From Polyangiales bacterium (lineage in GTDB: Bacteria; Myxococcota_A; Polyangia; Polyangiales; Ga0077539), in assembly GCA_044229975.1 (NCBI GenBank), contig JBGARZ010000004.1, positions 256,001 through 320,000 of the forward strand: a stretch of DNA of 64,000 bases, in the 5' to 3' direction. The translations under genes were made by a program, and so were the position numbers. Below the pieces are notes generated by a model, which had not been told where the DNA came from, did no database searches, and saw only the letters and a program-made list of their open reading frames with translations. Positions 28,026 through 35,600 of the stretch are shown here, piece by piece; position 1 is the stretch's first letter; every line of letters starts with the position of its first letter.

Positions 28026-29144
28026 ATGACGACCTCCGCCCCTCCGGTGATCGTGCGCGGTCGCTTCGCCACCTCGCGGCGGCGGCTCTCCCGCTGGCTT
28101 GGCCTCCTGGGCTACGTGGCGATCAACGTCCTGGTCGTCGCGCTCCACTTCTTCTCGACGCCGATCGACAACACTCCGTGGCTGCTGATTTTCGTGGTGC
28201 TGGTCGTCACGGCGTTCGCGACGCTCGGCGGGCCGCTGCTGCTCCTGCTCGGGTTTTTCCTCCAGCGATCGCGTTGGGCGAAGGGCACGCTCCGCGTCGT
28301 CGAAGGAAGACTCGGGCGTCACTTCGCGCACGACGCCGAAGGCGACCCGATTGGTGTGTGCTTCCCGCTCGGGGAGGTCGTGCAGGGCGTGCGTCGGAGC
28401 GCGAACCGCGACGGCTTCGAGCTCACGCTGGCCAACGGCGACGTCCTCCTCGGCGAGTGCGATGACGACGTCGACGAGCTCCTGCACGCGCTCGGGGTCG
28501 GCCCCTCGCAGCGCGTCGCGACGATGCGTACCTCGGCCGCCACGACGCCGGCCTACCGCGCGCTGTGGCTCTACTGCGCCATGGTCCCGGCGATCATCGT
28601 CGCGCCGTTGTCGACCACGCTTCGACCCGCGCTGTCGGTGTTCGCGGGGCTGCTCGCGTGGGTGCTCGCCAACGCGTCGCGTGGACCCGAGGTGACCGTC
28701 GGCGTCGACGGGATGCGCGTGAACGGGCTGTGGGGAGAGACGTTCTATTCGTGGTCGACGGTGAACGAGGTGCGCATCCTCGGAGGAGCGCTGCGGGCGA
28801 CGCTGACGAACGGCCGCATGGTGAGCCTCGGGAGCGCGCTGGGGACGGCGGCAGAGGGGGCCGCGACGCTGTGGGTACGCGTCGAGATGGCGGGCGTGGT
28901 CGGGTCGCGACGCGGACCATGGCTCGAAGCGGCGACGGCGCAGCACAGGCCCACGGTGGCGCCGAAGCAGCCCGAGGCGCGGCGCGAACCCGAGGGGCCA
29001 GTGAGCGAGCCAGTGAGCGAGCCAGAGAGCGAGCCGGAGGGCGACACGACGGGGGTGCGCGTCGCTGCATTGGACGAGATGGGGGAGGGGATGGCGGAAG
29101 ACGCGGACGAGCGCGGGACGGAGCAGGCGGCACGGCGGGCGTGA
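28026..29144 (+). CDS. Hypothetical membrane protein
   Basis: Two pairs of TM helices; VTVGVDG...W...FYSW segment shared with 49120..50340. Confidence 0.65.
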   Translation: MTTSAPPVIVRGRFATSRRRLSRWLGLLGYVAINVLVVALHFFSTPIDNTPWLLIFVVLVVTAFATLGGPLLLLLGFFLQRSRWAKGTLRVVEGRLGRHFAHDAEGDPIGVCFPLGEVVQGVRRSANRDGFELTLANGDVLLGECDDDVDELLHALGVGPSQRVATMRTSAATTPAYRALWLYCAMVPAIIVAPLSTTLRPALSVFAGLLAWVLANASRGPEVTVGVDGMRVNGLWGETFYSWSTVNEVRILGGALRATLTNGRMVSLGSALGTAAEGAATLWVRVEMAGVVGSRRGPWLEAATAQHRPTVAPKQPEARREPEGPVSEPVSEPESEPEGDTTGVRVAALDEMGEGMAEDADERGTEQAARRA

Positions 29145-29169
29145 GCACGGCCAAGGGGCCTTCGATCGC

Positions 29170-29757
29170 CTACGGGAGCTCGTCCGCGCGCTCGATGATG
29201 CGCCCGGCGAGCCCGTAGGCCACGGCCTCCTCGGCGCTCATCCAGTGGTTGCGCTCGGTGTCGCGGGCGATCTTCTCCTCGGTCTGCCCGGTGGCGCGCG
29301 CGAAGATGGCGTTGAGCCGCGCGCGCATCGCGATCACCTGCCGCGCCTCGATCTCGATGTCGGCGGCGGGGCCGCGGATGCCGCCGCTGGGTTCATGCAG
29401 CAGGAAGCGCGTGTTGGGCAGCGCGTAGCGGTTGCGCCGCTCACACGCCGCATAGATGAGGGCGCCCGCGCTGGCGACCCACCCGCTGCCGACGGCGTGC
29501 ACCTCCGGCCCGATGAAGCGGATCACGTCATGGAGCGAGTCGCCCGACTCCACGTGGCCGCCGGGCGAGTTGATGTACAGCCGGATGGGCTCCGGACCCG
29601 CGGCGGCGAGGGCGAGGAGCTGCGACGCGACGCGCTCGGCGAGGGCCGCCGTCACCTCACCGAACAAGAGCACGGTGCGCGCGGCGAAGAGGCGCTCCAG
29701 CGCGAGCGGACTGACGGCGGGCGGTGTGGCGGTCGGCGGGTCTTCGGTGGTGGGCAT
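29170..29757 (-). CDS. clpP: ATP-dependent Clp protease proteolytic subunit
   Basis: YINSPGG, VASAG (Ser), LLHEP (His), RDTERNHWMSAEEAVAYGL. Confidence 0.93.
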   Translation of the reverse strand: MPTTEDPPTATPPAVSPLALERLFAARTVLLFGEVTAALAERVASQLLALAAAGPEPIRLYINSPGGHVESGDSLHDVIRFIGPEVHAVGSGWVASAGALIYAACERRNRYALPNTRFLLHEPSGGIRGPAADIEIEARQVIAMRARLNAIFARATGQTEEKIARDTERNHWMSAEEAVAYGLAGRIIERADELP

Positions 29758-29894
29758 CACCGCATCTGTGCGCGATCGCGGGGCGGTGGGGCCATTGCCG
29801 GGACGCTCGATGATTTGTCCAAGGCTCTCGAACTGCGTCGGAGGATGGCGTGGCACTGGACGAGGGCCGCGGAGCGTCGACACTCTCCGACTCC

Positions 29895-30314
29895 ATGGAG
29901 ACGCGCCGTCGCAGCACCCGGGATCATCTGCAACTCGTTCCGCCCGTCGAAGCCCGCGCGCCCGATGAGGCCGTGCGTCGCGCCGTCGAGCTGATGAAGG
30001 GCGACCTCGCCGCCGCGTGGACGGTCACCTCGCTCGCGCGCCGCGTGGGGCTGTCGCGGCCGGTCTTCGCGCGCCGCTTCCGCGAGAGCGAAGGGGTGTC
30101 GCCCGGTCGCTACCTCGCGGCGCTGCGGCTCGACGAGGCCGCGCGGCTGCTGCGGGTGACGGACGACGGGCTCGCGGGCGTGGCGTCGCGCGTGGGCTAT
30201 GCGTCGGAGTTTGCGTTCAACCGGGCGTTCAAGCGGCACCACGGACAGGCGCCGGGTGTGTACCGCCGGGGCGCTCGCACGAGCGGGCCGATGGAGTTTC
30301 GCGCCGCGGCGTGA
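29895..30314 (+). CDS. AraC family transcriptional regulator (HTH domain only)
   Basis: WTVTSLARRVGLSR..FARRF; VA.RVGYASEFAFNRAFKR..G..PG.YR. Confidence 0.9.
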   Translation: METRRRSTRDHLQLVPPVEARAPDEAVRRAVELMKGDLAAAWTVTSLARRVGLSRPVFARRFRESEGVSPGRYLAALRLDEAARLLRVTDDGLAGVASRVGYASEFAFNRAFKRHHGQAPGVYRRGARTSGPMEFRAAA

Positions 30315-30417
30315 GGCGCTGCCACTCACGGCGGTCGCACTCTTCCATTGATGCCCACCAACGCGTCGGGCCGCGGTCACCCGCCACGGCTCTCGCGGTA
30401 GAGTCCGTGCCCTCTCC

Positions 30418-32100
30418 ATGACGTCCCCGTTTCGTCAGCGCCCCGACGAGGGCCCCGCGCTCACCACCGCCGACGCCGTCCACGACGCCATCCACCAGAT
30501 GGTGCGCCAGTTCGCCGACCCGATGGCGTGGCTGCGCGAGCTCGTCCAGAACGCCCTCGACGCCGACACCACCACCATCGACGTCCGCCTCGACTACCAG
30601 CCCGACCGCGCCAACGATCGCGGAACCCTCCTCGCCTCCGTCACCGACGACGGCCGCGGCATGGACCAGGACACCATCGAGCGCTGCCTCGTCGTCCTCT
30701 TCCGCTCCACCAAAGACCGCGACCCCGCCAAGATCGGGAAGTTCGGCGTCGGGTTCTTCTCGGTCTTCGGCGCCGGGCCTTCCGTCGTCACCGTCGACAC
30801 GGGCCGCGCAGGCGCCGCCGAGGGCCTGCGCCTCACCTTCCGCCCCGACTTCACCTACGAGCTCGAATCCGCCCCGCCCTCCCGCGGCACCACCGTCTCT
30901 CTCACGCTCACGCTCACCGCCGCCGGGGCCGACGCCTTCGCCGAGGCCGCCCACGCCGCCCTCTCCCGCTGGTGCCCGCACGTCGCCGCGCCCTTGCAGC
31001 TCCGCACCCACGGCATCCCTTCGGGCGATCGCGACGTCCGCATCGATCGCCCCTTCGACATCGACGGCGCCGTCACGCTCACCCACCGCGTCGACGCGCG
31101 CACCGTGCTCGCGCTCGCCGTCGACCCGGTCGCGCACGTAGCCTTCTACAACCGCGGCATCCTCCTCTACGAGACCGCCGAGAGCCCTCTCCCTGGCGTT
31201 CGCTGGAAGGTCGACGCGCACGACCTGCACCACACCGTCTCGCGCGACAACGTCCGTCGCGACGCCGCCTTCGACCGCGTCCAACAGCTCGCGGCCGATC
31301 TCGCCCGCACCGCTCTCCGCGAGCGCTTCGTCGCTGCCTTCGCCGCCGTCACCGAACGCTTTGCCGTCGCCCGCCACACCAGCTACGCGCTCCCCGACGC
31401 CGAGCTCCTCACCACCTTCGCGCGCCTCGCGCTCGTCGCCCCCTACAAGCTCAAGCCCGCCGAGGTCGCGTGGCCTCTCGCGCACCCGCTCGCGTCGTCG
31501 CCCGAGCGCAACACGGCCGTGCTCTCCACGGGCATCCTCCAGCGCCCCGATCGCCGCTGCACCCACGTCCTCTCCAACCTCACCGCTGCCCTCGCGCGCC
31601 GTGACGTCCCCGTCGTCGACCTCGGTCCTCCGGGGTCCACCGCCGACGCGCTGCTCACCCTCCTGCGCGCCCACCACCACGAAGACCGCGTCGCCGCCGT
31701 CGAGGCCCGCTACCTCCTCGCGCGCGTCGCGCCCGCCGACGACCGCGCCCGCAAGCTGCTCGACGCCGTGCGCCCGCTGCTCCCTGCGCTCGACCTGCGC
31801 GACGTCGCCCTCGGCACCATCGAGGGCTGCGGCGGGACGATGGCCTTCGCGTGTGTTCCACACGATGGGCGCACCACCGAGTGGCTGCTCGACGCCACGA
31901 AGGACGAACCCTTCGCGCTCGACGACGACCGCGCCCTGCTGCTCCACACCGCGCACCCGCGGGTGGTCTCCGCCATCGCCGCCGCGAAGGTCGACCCCGC
32001 CCTCGCCGCGCTCGCCCTGGTGCGCGCCATCGCCCTCGACGCGAAGGCCCTCGACGCGAAGCGCGATGTTGCGTTGTTCAGCCTGGGTCTTCCGTCGTGA
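30418..32100 (+). CDS. Hsp90-like GHKL ATPase
   Basis: LRELVQNALDA, DDGRGM, IGKFGVGFFSVF, GTTVSL; HTVSRDNV; C-terminal LLLHTAHPRV. Confidence 0.88.
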   Translation: MTSPFRQRPDEGPALTTADAVHDAIHQMVRQFADPMAWLRELVQNALDADTTTIDVRLDYQPDRANDRGTLLASVTDDGRGMDQDTIERCLVVLFRSTKDRDPAKIGKFGVGFFSVFGAGPSVVTVDTGRAGAAEGLRLTFRPDFTYELESAPPSRGTTVSLTLTLTAAGADAFAEAAHAALSRWCPHVAAPLQLRTHGIPSGDRDVRIDRPFDIDGAVTLTHRVDARTVLALAVDPVAHVAFYNRGILLYETAESPLPGVRWKVDAHDLHHTVSRDNVRRDAAFDRVQQLAADLARTALRERFVAAFAAVTERFAVARHTSYALPDAELLTTFARLALVAPYKLKPAEVAWPLAHPLASSPERNTAVLSTGILQRPDRRCTHVLSNLTAALARRDVPVVDLGPPGSTADALLTLLRAHHHEDRVAAVEARYLLARVAPADDRARKLLDAVRPLLPALDLRDVALGTIEGCGGTMAFACVPHDGRTTEWLLDATKDEPFALDDDRALLLHTAHPRVVSAIAAAKVDPALAALALVRAIALDAKALDAKRDVALFSLGLPS

Positions 32101-32118
32101 GACGACTCGCATCAGGTC

Positions 32119-32596
32119 GTTGCGCCCGGTCGCCGCGGGGTTTCAACCCTTTCGCCTCTACACATCCACAGCACCGGATTCCGCAAGGGAGCCGTCGGCC
32201 GAAGAGCGCCCACTGCGCGGTTGCGGACGGCCCGAAGACGGGCCTGCAACCGCTGAAGTGGGAGCCTGGAGCTGGGCGTCCCGCCTGCGCGGGACTTGCT
32301 GGCGGAGCGCCGAGCGCTCTGCGCTCGACGAGTGGAAGTAGGAGTTCACCGAACGGCTCGGGAGCGGACACCTTCACCCTCTCGACGGTCGCTCCAGCGA
32401 CCGGCGCCCCGCCAGGAAGTCCCGCGCAGGCGGGACGCCCATCTCCAGGCTCCCACTTCAGCGGTTGCAGGCCCGTCCGCGGGCCGTCCGCAACCGCGCA
32501 GTGGGCGCTCTTCCGCGGACGACTCCATCCGCAAAACGGGCGTCGCTCACTGTGTAGAAACGAAAAGGGTTTCAACCCGCGGCGGCCGGGCGCGAC
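32119..32596. repeat. Large inverted-repeat element (~190-bp arms), REP/MITE-like
   Basis: 32201-32312 is nearly identical to the reverse complement of 32402-32513; outer arms carry GGGTTTCAACCC. Confidence 0.9.
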
Positions 32597-32617
32597 GTCT
32601 TCCGAAGGGCCACCCCC

Positions 32618-35600
32618 ATGACCCAACGCAAGCTCCTCTCCCGCGGCACCGCCCTCGTCGACCCGCGCGCCGCCGTCGAGCGACTCCGCAGCTTCCAGCT
32701 CGCCGAGCCGCTGCTCTACGTGCTGGAGATCGTTCGCGCCGCGGTCGCCGGCGACGCCACCGCGGTCGATCTCTACAACGACGCCGACGACCTCATCCTC
32801 ACCTTCGACGGCGCCGCGCCCGCGGTCGACGACCTCGCGCACCTCCTCGATCACCTCTTCAGCACCGCCCAGCCCCGCCTCCGCCTGCTCGCCATCGCGG
32901 TCAACACCGCCCTCGGCTTCGGCCCGCGCCACGTCGACCTCTACACCACCCACGAGGCCCCGCCCGGCCAGTGCCACCGCGTGCGCTTCATCGTCGGCGC
33001 CACCCACGACCCCGACGCGCGCGTCCCCGCCGCCGTCGAGAGCGCCCGCACCGAGCTCGTCGCGCGCCCCACTGACCTGCCCGCTGAAGGCGTCCGCGTG
33101 CACCTGCGCGAGTCCTTCGGCATGCCCGTCGTGCGCGAGTGGTTCGCCCGCGACCCGGCCGAGACCATCCTCCTCCGCGATCGCCTCGTCGCGCTCCCCA
33201 TCCCGTTGCGCCGCGACGGCGTCGTCCTCGTCACCGGGCCCGCTGCACCGCCCCTCGTCGCCGTCGCCCTCGACCTCGGCAGTGATCTCCGCGGAACCCT
33301 CCAGCTCCTCCGCCCCAACCAGCCCAACCGGCTCGTTCTCTCCGAGCTCGGCGTCACCCTCGAAGAGCGCCCGCTCACGCCCGCCGTCGACGGCGTCCCG
33401 AGTCCTCCGCTGCGCCTCCACCTCGACGCGCGCTCGCTGCCCACCAACGCATCGCGCTCCCAGGTCGACCTCTCCGGCGGTCTCTCCCACGCCCTCCGCC
33501 GCGCCTGGAACCAACACCTCCCCGAGCTCCTCACCGCCGCCCACGCGCGCCTCGCGACGCCTGATCTCCCCGACGCCGAGCGCGTCGCCCTCCACGAGTC
33601 GCTGCTCGCGTGGCTCCACCACGGCCTCGGCAACGACTGGCCCGTTCGCAAGCTCCCATCGGGCCATGACCAGGACGTCGACCTCGGGCGCACCCCTTCG
33701 TCGACCGTCTACACCCTCGCGACGTGGCCACTCATCCCCACCGCCGCGGGTGGTCTCATCTCCCTCGCGGCCATTGCCGCGTCGACGTCGTCGCTGGTGT
33801 GGCGCGGCACCGAGGCGCTCCCCGTCGACATCGCCCCGTGGATCACCACCGTCCTCTGGTGTCCCCCCAACCGCCCACGCCTCGGTGCGCTGCTGTGGCC
33901 CCTCGACGCCAAGCCCGCCGACGCCGCCATCGAGGCCGCCCGCGAAGCCCACAAGCGCCGTCAGCGCTTCCTCGGTCTCACGCCTCGCGACACGCGCCTC
34001 GCGCCCTCCGACGACGTCGTGCTGCGCGCGCCCTTCGGCGACGCCTCCACCGACGACAACCCTTCCCTGCCCGTCACGCTGCCGGGGCTCCGCGGTGAGC
34101 TCGTTCTGCGCTCGCGCGGCCTCGGCGCACCGGGCCCGTTGCTGGTCACCGTCTTCGTCGAGCAGCGCCCGCTCACCACCGAGTCGCTCGACACCGCGGG
34201 CGTCCCGGCCGAAGTCGCCATCGAGGCGCCCGGCGTCATCGCCGACCGCGTCTTCCAGAGCATCGAACGCAACGCCTCCCTCACCGCCGCCCTGCGCGCC
34301 GTGAAGCTCGTGCTCGCCGAGGCCCTCGCGGTGCTCGCCGTCGACCTCGCGGGCGCGCTCTCTGTCACCGACCCGCGACGCCAGTGGTTCGGCCCCGAGC
34401 TCGACCATCTCCCTGGCGCCACCCGCCGCGCGATGGCCTCCGCCGTCTTCGACACGCTGCGCGCCTCCACCGAGGACGCCCGCGCCCAGCGCGAGCTCTG
34501 CGCCGATGTTCTTCAGCGCCACCCCGCGCTCGTCGAGCTCCCGCTGTGGCCCACCACCGACCCATCGACGCTGCTCTCCACGCGCGAGGTGATCGCCCTC
34601 GCGGTCTCCTTCGAACACGCCGTGCTGGTGAGCAACGCCGCGCGGGGCGTGCGCGCCGACGGTCGTCCCGTGCTGCTCCTCGACTCGACGGCGCAGCGCA
34701 AGCTGGCCGCGGTGCTCCCCGACGCCACGCGCTTCGTCAACGTGAGCAACACGCTGCCCACCAGGGTGAGCGAAGACCCCCGCTGGCTGGCGCCCACCGC
34801 CGACCGCCGCAGCGTCCCCTGGATCGTCACCTCCTCTGCGCACTCCCGCGTAGCGGTCTCTCCGGCGCCCTCCAGCAAGGACAGCTCGACCCTCGGCCAC
34901 TCGGGACAGGCCCTCGACGCCCGCAACCTCGCTGGTCGCTTCGGGCCGCTCCAGGTCGTCGTCGAGGACGACCGCCTCGTCGTCCCCGCGGGCGAAAAAT
35001 CCCCGCTGCTCCAGAGCATCCCGGACGACCTCAACGCCCTCGTCCACGCCGCCGAAATCGCTCTCGCCACGAGGCTCGCCCTCGCGTGGCAGGGCGACGA
35101 CGAGTCCCTCGACACCCTCAACGCCGACAGCGTGGCCCTCCGCAGCAACGCCTCCCGGCGCATGCTCCTGCACGCCTACGCGCACGTCATCATCCGTCCC
35201 GACGCGCCCGCCCTCCAGGCACTGCGCACGGCCCTCGCCGCGACGCCGCTGATCCCAGTGCGCTCCGTCGACGGCGTCGTCCGCGACGTCACCCCGACGG
35301 CCTTCCGCGCCCGCACCACCGACCTCCATCCGCGGGTGCTCCCCTACCTCGCCGAGGCGCCTGACCAGCTCGAAGGCGAGGACTTCACCCCGGTCATCGT
35401 GTCCGACCGCGAGATCCGCGCGCTCATCGAACGCTGCTTCGACCTTCGCCTCCGCTCGATGCACGAGCAGCTCCCCGCGCTGCGCGACGCCCGCGCCCGT
35501 CGCCTCGCTCGCGCCCGCCTCGCCGAGCGCCCACGCGTTCGCGCTGAGCACCTCGTCGGGCTCGCGGCCGCCTCCTCCGTCCGAACCCTCGCCCAGCAGG

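Noticed and set aside
28998..29040. 12-bp repeats CCAGTGAGCGAG
   Set aside because: In-frame PVSE low-complexity tail of a membrane protein
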